From Methanobacteriota archaeon (GTDB lineage: Archaea; JAADCQ01; Methanopyri; Methanopyrales; Methanopyraceae), in NCBI GenBank assembly GCA_027064425.1, contig JAMOPO010000052.1:32001-96000 (forward strand): 64,000 nt of DNA, read 5' to 3'. Position 1 is the first letter of the stretch, and each line of letters starts with the position of its first letter. Made by a program: the position numbers and the translations under genes. Shown here in pieces: positions 9,079 through 20,685 of the stretch. Below the pieces are notes generated by a model that saw nothing but the letters and a program-made list of their open reading frames with translations, did not search any database and had not been told where the DNA came from.

Positions 9079-10485
9079 TTGACGAGCCTCGCGGACCTGC
9101 CCGTGGACGTGAGCCCCCGGCACGAGGGCGAGCGGATCCGCAGCGGGGACATGTACGTGGAGCTCGCCGGCCCGAAGAGCTTCGGCGCCGAGCTCTTCCG
9201 CGTGGTGGACGAGGACGAGATCGAGCCGGACAAGGTCGAGGTGATCGGGCCGGACATTGACGAGATGGAAGAGGGTGAGCGGTACCCGTTCGGCATCCTC
9301 GTCAAGGCGGCCGGGGAGGAGCTGGAGGAGGACGTGGAAGGCGTCCTGGAGCGACGCATCCACGAGTTCTGCAACTACGTGGAGGGGTTCATGCACCTCA
9401 ACCAGCGGGACCAGATCTGGTGCCGCGTGTCCAAGGAGGCGGCCGAGAAGGGCTTCCGGCTCGAGCACCTGGGCATCGCCCTTCGCGAGCTGTTCAAGGA
9501 GGAGTTCGGCAACGTGATCGACGCGATCGAGGTCACTCTGATGACGGACGAGGAGCGCGTGAAGGAGTTCGTGGAGCAGGCTCGAGAGGTGTACAGGGAG
9601 CGGGACGAGCGGGCGCGCGAGCTCTCCGAGGAGGACGTGGACGAGTTCTACGTGTGCCTCATGTGCCAGTCCTTCGCGCCCACGCACGTGTGCGTGATCA
9701 CGCCCGACCGGCCGAGCCTCTGCGGCTCGATCACCTGGCACGACGCCAAGGCGGCGCACAAGATCGACCCGGAGGGCCCGATCTTCCCGATCGAGAAGGG
9801 TGAGTGCCTGGACCCCGAGGCGGGCGAGTACGAGGGCGTGAACGAGGCGGTCAAGGAGCACTCGCAGGGGACGGTGGAGCGGGTTTACCTCCACTCCTGC
9901 CTTGAGTACCCGCACACGAGCTGCGGCTGCTTCCAGGCGATCGTGTTCTACATCCCGGAGGTGGACGGGTTCGGCATCGTCGACCGCGAGTACTCGGGCG
10001 AGACCCCGCTCGGCATGCCCTTCTCCACGATGGCGGGCGAGGCGAGCGGCGGTGAGCAGAAGCCGGGCTTCGTGGGCATCTCGTACGGCTACATGGAGTC
10101 GGACAAGTTCCTCCAGCACGACGGCGGGTGGGAGCGCGTCGTCTGGATGCCCAAGGAGCTGAAAGAGCGGGTGAAGCACGCCATCCCGGACGACCTGTAC
10201 GACAAGATCGCCACGGAGGAGGACGCGACCACGGTCGAGGAGCTCAAGGAGTTCCTGGAGGAGGTCGAGCACCCGGTCGTCGAGCGGTGGGAGGAGGAAG
10301 AGGAGGTTGAGGAGGAGAAGGCCGAGGAGGCGGTCGCCGAGGAGGAAGAGAGGCCGGTGGTGGAGGCGGAGGAGCTGCCCGTCGCGCCCGGTGGTGGTCT
10401 CAACGTGAAGATCGTGCTCAAGAACGCCAAGATCTACGCCGAGAAGGTCATCATCAAGCGCGAGGACAGGGAAGGAAAGAGTTGA
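9079..10485 (+). CDS. cdhC: Acetyl-CoA synthase beta subunit
   Basis: CLMCQSFAPTHVCVITPDRPSLCG, PHTSCGCFQ, GGWERVVWMP. Confidence 0.97.
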   Translation: MTSLADLPVDVSPRHEGERIRSGDMYVELAGPKSFGAELFRVVDEDEIEPDKVEVIGPDIDEMEEGERYPFGILVKAAGEELEEDVEGVLERRIHEFCNYVEGFMHLNQRDQIWCRVSKEAAEKGFRLEHLGIALRELFKEEFGNVIDAIEVTLMTDEERVKEFVEQAREVYRERDERARELSEEDVDEFYVCLMCQSFAPTHVCVITPDRPSLCGSITWHDAKAAHKIDPEGPIFPIEKGECLDPEAGEYEGVNEAVKEHSQGTVERVYLHSCLEYPHTSCGCFQAIVFYIPEVDGFGIVDREYSGETPLGMPFSTMAGEASGGEQKPGFVGISYGYMESDKFLQHDGGWERVVWMPKELKERVKHAIPDDLYDKIATEEDATTVEELKEFLEEVEHPVVERWEEEEEVEEEKAEEAVAEEEERPVVEAEELPVAPGGGLNVKIVLKNAKIYAEKVIIKREDREGKS

Positions 10486-11240
10486 TCCTCGCCTTCACCG
10501 GGAAGGGCGGGACGGGGAAGACCGTCCTCGCCGCCCTCTCCGTCCTCGAGCTCACCGAGCGCGGGCCCGGCGACCTTCTAGTCATCGATGCGGACCCGGA
10601 CGCGAACATGCCGGACGCCCTGGGCGTCGAGCCCGAGACCACGCTGGGCGAGGTTCGGGAGCGGTTCAAGCGCGAGATCGAGGAGGAGCAGCTCCCGCCC
10701 GGCTTTGACAAGCAGGCGTACATGGAGTACCTCGTCATGACCGCCCTCCACGAGACCGAGGACTTCGACCTCCTCGTCATGGGCCGCTCCGAGGGTCGCG
10801 GGTGCTACTGCGCCGTCAATCACTGGCTCCGCCGGGTCATGTCCGACCTGCTCCCCGAGTACGATCTCGTGGTGATGGACTGCGAGGCCGGGCTGGAGCA
10901 CGTCAGCCGCGGCATCATCGACGGCGTCGACCTGGTCCTGATCGTGGTCGATCACTCCCGGAAGGCTCTGCGGACCGCCGCCCGGATCGTGGAGCTCATC
11001 GACGAGCTCGAGTCCGAGGTGGGCGAGGTTCGGGTCGTTGCGAACCGCGTCACGGAGAGGGAGTACCGCGTGATCCGGCGCGAGGGGGAGCGGATGGGGC
11101 TCTCCTTCCTCGGCCGGGTTCGACCGGACGAGGAGCTGGTCGAGCTGGAGCTGCGCGGTCGGCCGCTCACCGAGCTCTCCCCCGACTCCAAGGCCCGGCG
11201 CGACGTCCGGGAGATCCTCTCCCGGGCGGGGGTGGTGTAG
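10482..11240 (+). CDS. cooC: CooC/AcsF-type nickel-insertion ATPase
   Basis: GKGGTGKT, DADP, GCYC, DCEAGLEHVSR. Confidence 0.92.
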   Translation: MILAFTGKGGTGKTVLAALSVLELTERGPGDLLVIDADPDANMPDALGVEPETTLGEVRERFKREIEEEQLPPGFDKQAYMEYLVMTALHETEDFDLLVMGRSEGRGCYCAVNHWLRRVMSDLLPEYDLVVMDCEAGLEHVSRGIIDGVDLVLIVVDHSRKALRTAARIVELIDELESEVGEVRVVANRVTEREYRVIRREGERMGLSFLGRVRPDEELVELELRGRPLTELSPDSKARRDVREILSRAGVV

Positions 11241-12446
11241 TTGTCCGAGCGGGAGAGGGTCGACGAGCTCCTGGAGAAGCTGCTGAACCGCGTTCTCGGC
11301 GAGGGCGGGGTCGAGGAGGTCGAGCTCCGGAACGTTTCGATCGAGGTGGAGGAGCTGGAGCTGGACCTGCGCACGGTCGCTCAGGCGCTGCCCCGCGAGG
11401 TCTGGGAGCGGCTGGTCAAGCCCCGGGCGGAGGAGGCTCGGCGGGAGGTGGAGGTACCCGAGTACGAGCCTCCGGTCGAGGAGTACGAGGGGGAGGTGGC
11501 CGAGGTCCAGCTCGGGGCGACGCGCTCCGAGGGTGGCACCCGCGACCGGGTGGTCAAGCTCGGTGGCGAGCGCGCTTACTTCGTCTTCGAGGGCCCGCGA
11601 CCGAACCCGCCCGTCGTCACGTTCGACGTGTTCGACACCCCGGACGTCGGCATTCCCGGCCCCATCCGGGAGGAGCTGGGGGACGTGGTCGAGGACCCCG
11701 TGGACTGGGCTAGGACGGTCGTGAAGCGGTACGACGTGGACGTGATCACGCTCCACCTGGTGAGCACGTCCCCGAAGCTGCACGACGCGCCCGTGGAGGA
11801 GGCGATGAAGACCCTGGAGGACGTGCTCGACGCGGTGAAGGTCCCGGTCATCGTGGGCGGCTCGGGCGACCCGGAGAAGGACGTCGAGCTGTTCGTGAAG
11901 GCGGCCGAGGTGTGCGAGGGCGAGCGGGTGATGCTCTCCTCGATCAACGAGGACATGGACTTCGAGCGGGTGGTCGACGCGGCCAAGGAGTACGGGCACG
12001 TGGTCCTGACCTTCGCACCGGTCGATGTTAACATGATGAAAACCCTGAACAAGAAGGTGCTCAACCGGGGCCTCTCGAAGGAGGACGTGGTGATGGACCC
12101 GACCACGTGCGCGCTCGGCTACGGCATCGAGTACACGGTTGACGTGATGACCCGGATCCGGCTCGCCGCGCTCCGCGGTGACGAGTACCTCCAGATGCCC
12201 ATCTCGAGCGGCTCGACCAACGCGTGGGCGGCCCGAGAGGCCTGGATGAAGGAGGAGTCCTGGGGCCCGCGCGAGTACCGGGGCCCGCTCTGGGAGGCCG
12301 TGACCGCGACCACGGTCGCCCTGTGCGGCGCCGACCTCCTGATGATGTTCCACCCCTGGGCCGTCCGGGTCGTCCAAGAGGCGCTCGAGCACATGGGTCG
12401 CGAGCGGAAGGGTGGGGACGCCTACGTCACGGACTTCATCGCGTAG
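11241..12446 (+). CDS. cdhD: Corrinoid Fe-S protein small (delta) subunit
   Basis: GGSGDPEKD, MDPTTCALGYGIEY, NAWAAREAW, WGPREYRGPLWE. Confidence 0.96.
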   Translation: MSERERVDELLEKLLNRVLGEGGVEEVELRNVSIEVEELELDLRTVAQALPREVWERLVKPRAEEARREVEVPEYEPPVEEYEGEVAEVQLGATRSEGGTRDRVVKLGGERAYFVFEGPRPNPPVVTFDVFDTPDVGIPGPIREELGDVVEDPVDWARTVVKRYDVDVITLHLVSTSPKLHDAPVEEAMKTLEDVLDAVKVPVIVGGSGDPEKDVELFVKAAEVCEGERVMLSSINEDMDFERVVDAAKEYGHVVLTFAPVDVNMMKTLNKKVLNRGLSKEDVVMDPTTCALGYGIEYTVDVMTRIRLAALRGDEYLQMPISSGSTNAWAAREAWMKEESWGPREYRGPLWEAVTATTVALCGADLLMMFHPWAVRVVQEALEHMGRERKGGDAYVTDFIA

Positions 12447-12457
12447 GGGGGCCCGGG

Positions 12458-13852
12458 ATGCCCGAGGTCAGCGCCATGGACGTGTACAAGCTCCTCCCCA
12501 AGTCCAACTGCGGGGCCTGCGGCTGCAAGACCTGCATGGAGTTCGCGACCAAGCTGGTCAACCGGGAGGCCGACCCGGAGGACTGCCCCAACCTGGACGA
12601 GGAGGCCCTGGAGAAGCTCCGCGAGCTGCTCGCCCCGCCCATCCGCGAGGTCTCCATCTGCGAGGGCGATCGGAGGGTGGTCGTCGGAGGCGACGAGGTG
12701 CTCTTCCGGCACGAGCTCTCGTACTTCAACCCGCCCCCCGTCTTCATCGCCGTCTACGACGACATGGAGGAGGACGAGCTGCGCGAGAAGGTGGAGCGCG
12801 CCCAGGAGTTCCAGGTCGAGCGAGTGGGTGAGACCCTCCGGGTGGACGGGCTCGCCGTCGTCTCCCGGACCGGGGACCCCGAGCGCTTCGCAGCGGCCGT
12901 GGAGACGGCCGTCGAGCACTCCGAGGACCTCGCGATCGCCCTCGTGTCCCAGAGCCCCGACGTGCTGGAGTCGGGGCTGGACGTGTTCGACGAGCGCCCG
13001 CTGCTCTACCCGTGCACGGAGGAGAACCGAGACGACATGATCGAGCTCGCGGCGGAGCACGAGTGCCCCCTAGGGCTTCACGCGACCGAGGTCGAGGACC
13101 TGGTGGAGCTCGCGGCTCACGCCCGCGAGCGGGTGGAGGATCTCCTGCTGGACCCGGGGACGGAGCTCGGCCCGCACGACGTGGTCGCCACGACGGACAA
13201 GCTGGCCGAGCTCCGGAAGGCCGCCATCGAGGAGGAGTTCGAGCTCCTCGGGTACCCGACGCTGGTCACGACCTTCCCGTACCGGTTCCTGGAGGATGAT
13301 CCGGTGGAGGCCGCGCGGCGCGAGTCGTACCTGGCGTCCGCGTGCGTGCTCCGCTACGCGGACGCGCTGATCATGGACACCCTCGAGCCCTGGGCGCTGC
13401 TCCCCGTCCTGACCCAGCGCCAGTGCATATACACGGACCCGCGCGAGCCGCAGGAGGTGGACCCGGGCCTCTACAAGATCGGGGACCCGGACGAGCACTC
13501 GCCCGTGCTCGTGACCACGAACTTCACCCTCACGTACCACTGCGTGGCGGACGACCTGGAGAGCGCGGACGTCGACTGCTGGCTCCTCGTGATCGACACG
13601 GGCGGGCTGGCCGTCGACGTCAGCGTGGCGGGTGGGCAGTTCAACGGGCAGGCGGTGAAGGAGGCCCTGGAGGAGTTCAACGTCGAGGAGAAGGTGAATC
13701 ACCGGGTGCTCGTGATCCCGGGCAAGGCCGCGGCGGTAAAGGGGGACGTGGAGGACGCGACCGGTTGGAAGGTCGTGATCGGCACCCAGGACTCCTCCGA
13801 GCTCCCGGAGTTCCTTGAGAAGGAGGGCCTGCTCAGGATAGAGGAGGGATAG
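12458..13852 (+). CDS. cdhE: Corrinoid Fe-S protein large (gamma) subunit
   Basis: YKLLPKSNCGACGCKTCMEFA, IYTDPR, SPVLVTTNFTLTY; ATG at 12458. Confidence 0.96.
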   Translation: MPEVSAMDVYKLLPKSNCGACGCKTCMEFATKLVNREADPEDCPNLDEEALEKLRELLAPPIREVSICEGDRRVVVGGDEVLFRHELSYFNPPPVFIAVYDDMEEDELREKVERAQEFQVERVGETLRVDGLAVVSRTGDPERFAAAVETAVEHSEDLAIALVSQSPDVLESGLDVFDERPLLYPCTEENRDDMIELAAEHECPLGLHATEVEDLVELAAHARERVEDLLLDPGTELGPHDVVATTDKLAELRKAAIEEEFELLGYPTLVTTFPYRFLEDDPVEAARRESYLASACVLRYADALIMDTLEPWALLPVLTQRQCIYTDPREPQEVDPGLYKIGDPDEHSPVLVTTNFTLTYHCVADDLESADVDCWLLVIDTGGLAVDVSVAGGQFNGQAVKEALEEFNVEEKVNHRVLVIPGKAAAVKGDVEDATGWKVVIGTQDSSELPEFLEKEGLLRIEEG

Positions 13853-13855
13853 GCC

Positions 13856-14791
13856 GTGACCACCGTGCTGGTGACGGGCGGGGCCGGGTTCATCGGCTCG
13901 CACGTGGTGGAGGAGCTCGTCGAGCGGGACTACAACGTCGGCGTCATCGACTCGCTCGTCTCCGGGGACCTGTCCAACCTGGAGCGCGTGATCGACGAAA
14001 TTGAGTTCTGGCGGGTGGACGTCCAGGACCCGCGCGGCGTCGAGACCGTCTTCTCGGAGTTCGAGCCCGACGTCGTCGTGCACCTGGCCGCGCAGACGAA
14101 CGTCCGGTACTCCATGAGGAACCCCGTCGCCGACGCGAGCGTGAACGTGATGGGCACCCTGAACCTCGCCTCCCTCGCCTCCCGCTACGAGGTGGAGCGC
14201 TTCGTGTACGCCTCCTCGGGCGGGGCCGTGTACGGAGAGCCCCAGTACCTGCCCGTGGACGAGGAGCACCCGACCAGACCCATCTCCAGCTACGGCGCGT
14301 CCAAGCTGGCCGGCGAGCACTACGTCCGCGTGTACGCCGAGGCGGACGGCTTCGACCACGTCATCCTCCGGTACGCGAACGTCTACGGGCCGCGCCAGGA
14401 CCCGCGCGGCGAGGCGGGCGTGATCTCGATCTTCCTCCACCGGGCCGCCCGGGGCGAGCCGCTCCGGGTCTTCGGGGACGGCGAGCAGACGCGCGACTTC
14501 GTCTTCGTCCGGGACGTCGCCCGCGTGACCGCCGACGCGGTGGAGAAGGGCCGCGGCGTCTACAACATCGGCTCCGGCCGCGAGACGTCCGTGAACGAGA
14601 TCGTCGAGCTCGTCCGTAAGGTCACGGGCCGGGACGTGAAGGTCGTGTACGAGGATGCACGGGCGGGCGAGGTGCGTCGCATCTACCTGGACATCACCCG
14701 GGCCCGCAAGGAGCTCGACTTCGAGCCCGAGACGGACCTCGAGGAGGGCGTGAAGATCACCTGGGAGTGGATCAAGTCCAACGTTCCCTGA
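13856..14791 (+). CDS. NAD-dependent epimerase (UDP-glucose/GlcNAc 4-epimerase-like)
   Basis: [40 protein letters not shown]. Confidence 0.92.
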   Translation: MTTVLVTGGAGFIGSHVVEELVERDYNVGVIDSLVSGDLSNLERVIDEIEFWRVDVQDPRGVETVFSEFEPDVVVHLAAQTNVRYSMRNPVADASVNVMGTLNLASLASRYEVERFVYASSGGAVYGEPQYLPVDEEHPTRPISSYGASKLAGEHYVRVYAEADGFDHVILRYANVYGPRQDPRGEAGVISIFLHRAARGEPLRVFGDGEQTRDFVFVRDVARVTADAVEKGRGVYNIGSGRETSVNEIVELVRKVTGRDVKVVYEDARAGEVRRIYLDITRARKELDFEPETDLEEGVKITWEWIKSNVP

Positions 14792-14802
14792 GGGGATGCC
14801 TC

Positions 14803-15279
14803 GTGCCGGACACACTCGTCCTCGTGGTCGATCCGGACCGGTGCCAGGGCTGCAGCAAGTGCGTGAAGGCCTGCGAGGAGGCCCACGGGCACGCGCGCAT
14901 CTACAAGGTCTCCGAGGACGCGCCCCCGGTGACCTGCCTCCAGTGCGACGATCCACCGTGCGCCACCGCCTGTCCGATCGACGCGATCCGGGAGGAGGGC
15001 GGGGCGCTGGTTATCACCGAGGACTGCATCGGCTGCGGGCTCTGCGCCGTCGCCTGTCCCTTCGGGGCCATCGAGATCGTGAACGGACGGGCCGAGAAGT
15101 GCACCCTGTGCGTGGACGCGCCCAAGAAGGCGCCCGCGTGCGTGGAGGCCTGCGACCGGGGCGCCCTCCGCCTGCTGTCCAAGTCGGAGATCCCGCGCGA
15201 GAAGCGGGAGTGGCTCGCCTCCGAGCTGCAGCGCATCCACCGACTCCTCCCGGAGCGCGAGGGGGAGTCCACCGAGTAG
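14803..15279 (+). CDS. 4Fe-4S polyferredoxin (CooF-like)
   Basis: Four Cys-cluster motifs ([49 protein letters not shown]); GTG 14803. Confidence 0.88.
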   Translation: MPDTLVLVVDPDRCQGCSKCVKACEEAHGHARIYKVSEDAPPVTCLQCDDPPCATACPIDAIREEGGALVITEDCIGCGLCAVACPFGAIEIVNGRAEKCTLCVDAPKKAPACVEACDRGALRLLSKSEIPREKREWLASELQRIHRLLPEREGESTE

Positions 15280-15312
15280 CGCCCGGCAGGCGGCGCAGAG
15301 GGCGGGCGCGCC

Positions 15313-16071
15313 ATGGTCAAACTCGGGATCGTCGGCAAGGGGGGCGTGGGCAAGACCACCGTCGCCGCCACCCTCTCCAAGCTCCTGGCCGAGCGCGGGT
15401 ACGAGGTCCTCGCCGTGGACGCCGACCCCGACCCGGACCTCGCGTACTCCCTGGGACTTGACGAGTGCCCCACCCCGGTCGTTGAGCGCGACGATCTCAT
15501 CGAGGAGCGGACGGGAGCGCCGCCCGGCACGACGCTGGGCGCCGTCTTCAGGGTCAACCCGCGCGTCTCGGACCTCCCGGACCGACTGGCCGTGGAGGTT
15601 GAGCCCGGACTGCGGCTCCTGGTGGTCGGACGGGTGGAGGACGCTGGTGAGGGCTGCTTCTGCCCCGCGGCAGCGCTCGCGCGCCGCCTGATCCGCCACG
15701 TCGTCGCCGACCGGGACGAGGCGATCGTCGTGGACACGGACGCGGGGCTGGAGCACTTCGGCCGGCGGGTGCTCGAGGCGGTCGACTGGGTCGTGATCGT
15801 CTGCGAACCGTCCGTCAAGTCCTTCAAGAACGCGCGTGAGTCCGCCCGACTCGCCCGGCGGCTGGGCATCGACCGGGTAGCCCTCGTGCGGAACAAGTGG
15901 GTCGAGGGCGTGGACGGCCCGGACGTCGACGTGGACGCCTCCGTCACCATCCCCGAGTCCTCCAAGCTGAAGCGGCTCGAGCTCCAGGGTCGACCCGTGT
16001 GGGAGGACGAGACCGTCCGGGAGGCGTGCGAGGAGCTCCTTGATCGGATGCTCGAGCTCCAGCGGGGGTGA
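15313..16071 (+). CDS. cooC: Second CooC-family nickel-insertion ATPase
   Basis: GKGGVGKTT, DADP, GCFCP, DTDAGLEHFGR. Confidence 0.92.
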   Translation: MVKLGIVGKGGVGKTTVAATLSKLLAERGYEVLAVDADPDPDLAYSLGLDECPTPVVERDDLIEERTGAPPGTTLGAVFRVNPRVSDLPDRLAVEVEPGLRLLVVGRVEDAGEGCFCPAAALARRLIRHVVADRDEAIVVDTDAGLEHFGRRVLEAVDWVVIVCEPSVKSFKNARESARLARRLGIDRVALVRNKWVEGVDGPDVDVDASVTIPESSKLKRLELQGRPVWEDETVREACEELLDRMLELQRG

Positions 16072-16075
16072 ACGC

Positions 16076-16294
16076 GTGGCCGAGGAGTACACGGTAAGGA
16101 TCGACGAGAGCCTGTGCAAGGGCTGCTTCCTCTGCGTCTGGGTGTGCCCCGCGGACGCCCTCCAGGAGTCCGACCGGAGGAACGAGCGCGGCTACCGGCT
16201 GCCCGAGTACGTGGGCGGCTGCCGAGGGTGCAGGCAGTGCGAGCTGATCTGCCCCGACCTGGCCATCGAGGTGAAGGAGGGTGGAGAGGAATGA
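16076..16294 (+). CDS. korD: 2-oxoglutarate synthase delta (ferredoxin) subunit
   Basis: CKGCFLCVWVCP and CRGCRQCELICPDLAI; directly before korA. Confidence 0.88.
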   Translation: MAEEYTVRIDESLCKGCFLCVWVCPADALQESDRRNERGYRLPEYVGGCRGCRQCELICPDLAIEVKEGGEE

Positions 16295-17412
16295 GCGAGA
16301 AGGTCGAGTTCCTGCAGGGGAACGAGGCCTGCGCGGAGGGAGCGATCGCGGCCGGATGCCGCTTCTTCGCGGGTTACCCGATCACGCCGTCCACCGAGAT
16401 CGCCGAGCGCATGAGCGAGCGGCTGCCGGAGGTCGGCGGCGTCTACGTTCAGATGGAGGACGAGATCGCCTCGCTGGCCGCCGTCATCGGCGCCTCCTGG
16501 GCCGGCGTGAAGGCCATGACGGCCACCGCCGGTCCCGGCTTCTCCCTCATGCAAGAGCACATGGGCTTCGCGGCCATGACCGAGACCCCGTGCGTGATCG
16601 TGAACGTCCAGCGCGGCGGACCGAGCACCGGCCAGCCCACCAAGGCCTCACAGTCCGACGTGATGCAGGCCCGCTGGGGCTCTCACGGTGACTACGAGAT
16701 CGTCGCGCTGTCCCCCTCCACGGTCCAAGAGATGTACGACCTCACCATCGAGTGCTTCAACTGGTCCGAGCGCCTCCGAGTCCCGGCGGTGCTCCTCGCC
16801 GACGAGGTCGTGGGGCACATGCGCGAGCGCGTCGTCCTGCGGGAGGACGTCGAGGTCGTGGACCGCGAGCTGCCGGAGGAGGGGGAGGAGATCGAGGAGC
16901 CGTTCCCACTGGAGCCGGACGACCACGTCCCGCCCATGCCCGTGTTCGGGCGCGGGCACCGCGTGCACGTCACGGGCCTGACCCACGACGAGCGCGGCTA
17001 CCCGGCCACGGACGACCCGGAGGTGCACCGCAAGCTGGTCCGCCGACTCTGCAACAAGGTCCGCAAGCGCGCCCGCGAGATCCACGAGAGTGTCGGGTAC
17101 GACTTCATCGAGCGCGAGTCCGATCTGGCCCTCGTGGCCTACGGCGGCTGCGCTCGGACCGTCCTCGAGGCGGCCGAGGAGCTCGGCGCCACGGTCTTCC
17201 GGCCCAAGGTCATCCACCCGTTCGACGCCGACCTCGTTCGAAAGCTCCTCGACGGGTACGAGGTGCTCGTCGTCGAGATGAACCTCGGCCAGTACGTCGA
17301 GATGGTCGAGCGCGCCCTGGACGCGGAGTGCGTGCACCTGCTGGGTCACCCGGGCGGCTACCCGCCCACCCCAGAGCGCGTGATCAAGGAGGCGGAGCGG
17401 ATCCAGGGGTGA
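16291..17412 (+). CDS. korA: 2-oxoglutarate:ferredoxin oxidoreductase alpha
   Basis: GNEACAEGA, AGYPITPSTE, QMEDE, QRGGPSTGQPT. Confidence 0.92.
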   Translation: MSEKVEFLQGNEACAEGAIAAGCRFFAGYPITPSTEIAERMSERLPEVGGVYVQMEDEIASLAAVIGASWAGVKAMTATAGPGFSLMQEHMGFAAMTETPCVIVNVQRGGPSTGQPTKASQSDVMQARWGSHGDYEIVALSPSTVQEMYDLTIECFNWSERLRVPAVLLADEVVGHMRERVVLREDVEVVDRELPEEGEEIEEPFPLEPDDHVPPMPVFGRGHRVHVTGLTHDERGYPATDDPEVHRKLVRRLCNKVRKRAREIHESVGYDFIERESDLALVAYGGCARTVLEAAEELGATVFRPKVIHPFDADLVRKLLDGYEVLVVEMNLGQYVEMVERALDAECVHLLGHPGGYPPTPERVIKEAERIQG

Positions 17413-18224
17413 GCGCCGTGGACTGGAGGGAGCTCATCCGGTGGGAGCGAATGCCGCACATCCTCTGCCCCGGCTGCGGGAACGGGACCATCCTGAACGT
17501 CCTCGTCCGCGCCCTCGCCGAGAAGTTCGAGGAGGGCGAGCTCGACCCCGACAAGACCGTGCTCGTCTCCGGCATCGGCTGCTCCTCCCGGCTCCCCGGC
17601 TACGTGAAGCTCGACTCGCTCCACACGACCCACGGGCGACCCATCGCCTTCGCCACCGGGCTCAAGCTGGCCAACCCGGAGCTGGAGGTCATCGTCGTCA
17701 CCGGCAACGGGGACGCGGCCGCGATCGGCGGGAACCACCTGATCCACGCCGCGCGCAGGAACCTGGACATCACCGTGATCTGCTCGAACAACTACGTCTA
17801 CGGCATGACCGGCGGCCAGGCGAGCCCCACCACGCCGCAGGGCGCCAAGTCCACGACGACCCCGTACGGGAACCCGGAGCCACCCTTCGACCTCTGCGAG
17901 CTCGTCATGGGCGCCGGCGCCCCGCACGTCGAGCGGTGGACCACGGCGCACCCGCACCAGCTCAAGCAGGCCATCCACAGAGCCCTCGAGCGGGAGGGGT
18001 TCTCGTTCATCGACGTCCTCTCCCAGTGCCCCACCAACTACGGGCGCCGCAACGACATGAGGAGCCCGAGGGAGATGCTCGAGTGGCTGCGCGAGAACAC
18101 GAGCACCGAGGACGAGCCCGGGAAGATCCGGATCGGAGTCCTCCGGGACGAGGAGCGCAAGCCCTTCCACGAGCGCGTGTACGAGCTCGTGGAGGAGGTG
18201 AGCGGGGATGAAGAGGGAGGTTAG
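17409..18224 (+). CDS. korB: 2-oxoglutarate:ferredoxin oxidoreductase beta
   Basis: CPGCG, SGIGCSSR, HTTHGR, GNGD..IGGNH, NNYVYGMTGGQASPTT. Confidence 0.92.
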   Translation: MSAVDWRELIRWERMPHILCPGCGNGTILNVLVRALAEKFEEGELDPDKTVLVSGIGCSSRLPGYVKLDSLHTTHGRPIAFATGLKLANPELEVIVVTGNGDAAAIGGNHLIHAARRNLDITVICSNNYVYGMTGGQASPTTPQGAKSTTTPYGNPEPPFDLCELVMGAGAPHVERWTTAHPHQLKQAIHRALEREGFSFIDVLSQCPTNYGRRNDMRSPREMLEWLRENTSTEDEPGKIRIGVLRDEERKPFHERVYELVEEVSGDEEGG

Positions 18225-18741
18225 GATCAGCGGCTTCGGTGGCCAGGGCATCGTCCTGGCCGGGGTCGTGCTGGGCCGGGCCGCGGCCGTGTACGAGGAG
18301 TACAACGCCGTGCAGACGCAGTCCTACGGGCCGGAGGCGCGGGGAGGCGCGTCCCGATCGGACGTGATCATCTCGGACGAGGAGATCATGTACCCGTACG
18401 TCCGGGAGCCCGACTACCTCGTCGCGATGTCCCAGGAGGCTTACGACAAGTACGCGCCCGAGGTGAAGGAGGACGGTCTCATCGTCTACGACTCGACCCT
18501 GGTCGAACCGCACCGCGACGACGACGTAGAGCACGTGGGCGTCCCCGCCACCAAGCTCGCCGAGGAGGAACTGGGCCGCCGGATCGTGGCCAACATGGTG
18601 ATCCTCGGCGCCCTGCGAGAGCTCACCGACCTCGTGTCCGAGGAAGCCCTGAAGCGCGCCGTCGAGGACGCCGTTCCGCCCGGCACGGAGGAGATCAACG
18701 TGAAGGCCGTCGAGCTGGGTGCCCGGGGTGTCCGGGAATGA
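18208..18741 (+). CDS. korC: 2-oxoglutarate:ferredoxin oxidoreductase gamma
   Basis: [29 protein letters not shown]. Confidence 0.92.
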   Translation: MKREVRISGFGGQGIVLAGVVLGRAAAVYEEYNAVQTQSYGPEARGGASRSDVIISDEEIMYPYVREPDYLVAMSQEAYDKYAPEVKEDGLIVYDSTLVEPHRDDDVEHVGVPATKLAEEELGRRIVANMVILGALRELTDLVSEEALKRAVEDAVPPGTEEINVKAVELGARGVRE

Positions 18742-19814
18742 TCCGGCTGCTCGAGCACGAGGCCAAGAAGCTCCTGGCCGAAAAGGGGATCGAGGTCCCG
18801 GACGGCGACCTCGCCCGGACCCCGGAGGAGGCGGCCCGGATCGCCGAGCGCATCGACGGACCCGTGGCCGTGAAGGCGCAGGTACCCGTCGGCGCCCGGG
18901 GCAAGGCGGGCGGTATCCTGTTCGCCGACGACCCGGAGGAGGCCCGGGAGGCGGCCGAGCGGCTCCTCGGCTCCAAGGTCCGGGGCGAGGTGGTGGAGTG
19001 CGTCCTCGTGGAGGAGAAGGTGGACATTGAGGAGGAGTGGTACGTGTCGATCACCGTGGACCGGGGCGAGCGCGCCCCGGTCCTCCTGATCTCCAGGGAG
19101 GGCGGCGTGGACATCGAGGAGGTCCCGGACGAGAAGATCGCTCGGACCCACTTGGATCCGATCCTGGGCCTGCGCGGGTTCGAGGCGCGGCGGACCGCGC
19201 TCGAGGCCGGGATCCCGCGGCGGTATGCCCGGGAGGTGGAGGAGGTCGCCCTGGCCCTGTACGACGTGTTCGACGAGTACGATGCCCACCTGGTCGAGAT
19301 CAACCCGCTGGTCCTGACCAAGGACGACGAACTCGTCGCCGTCGACGCGGTCGTGAACCTGGACGAAGACGCGGCGCGCATCCGCCACCCGGAGTTCGTC
19401 GACGAGGGCGAGGACTTCCCCTTCGTGAAGCTGGGCGGCAACGTCGGCATCATCGCGAACGGGGCCGGGCTCACCATGGCCACCATCGACCTGGTCCGGG
19501 ACCTCGGCGGTGAGCCCGCCAACTTCCTCGACGTGGGCGGCGGTGCGGACCCCGCCCTGATCAAGCGGGCCATACTCAAGGTCGCCAGCCTGGACGTGGA
19601 CGTCATCCTCCTGAACATCTTCGGCGGGATCACCCGCTGCGACGAGGTCGCGAAGGGCATCGTCTCCGTCCTGGACGAGATCGACGTGCCGCTGGTCGTC
19701 CGCCTGGTGGGCACGAACGAGGAGGAGGGCCAGCGCATCCTCCGCGAGCACGGGATCGAGGCCTTCACCGACCTTGAGGAGGCCGTGAAGAAGGCCGTCG
19801 AGCTCTCGGGGTGA
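18738..19814 (+). CDS. sucC: Succinyl-CoA synthetase beta
   Basis: [54 protein letters not shown]. Confidence 0.96.
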   Translation: MIRLLEHEAKKLLAEKGIEVPDGDLARTPEEAARIAERIDGPVAVKAQVPVGARGKAGGILFADDPEEAREAAERLLGSKVRGEVVECVLVEEKVDIEEEWYVSITVDRGERAPVLLISREGGVDIEEVPDEKIARTHLDPILGLRGFEARRTALEAGIPRRYAREVEEVALALYDVFDEYDAHLVEINPLVLTKDDELVAVDAVVNLDEDAARIRHPEFVDEGEDFPFVKLGGNVGIIANGAGLTMATIDLVRDLGGEPANFLDVGGGADPALIKRAILKVASLDVDVILLNIFGGITRCDEVAKGIVSVLDEIDVPLVVRLVGTNEEEGQRILREHGIEAFTDLEEAVKKAVELSG

Positions 19815-19821
19815 GTCTCCC

Positions 19822-20684
<863 letters not shown>

Positions 20685-20685
<1 letters not shown>

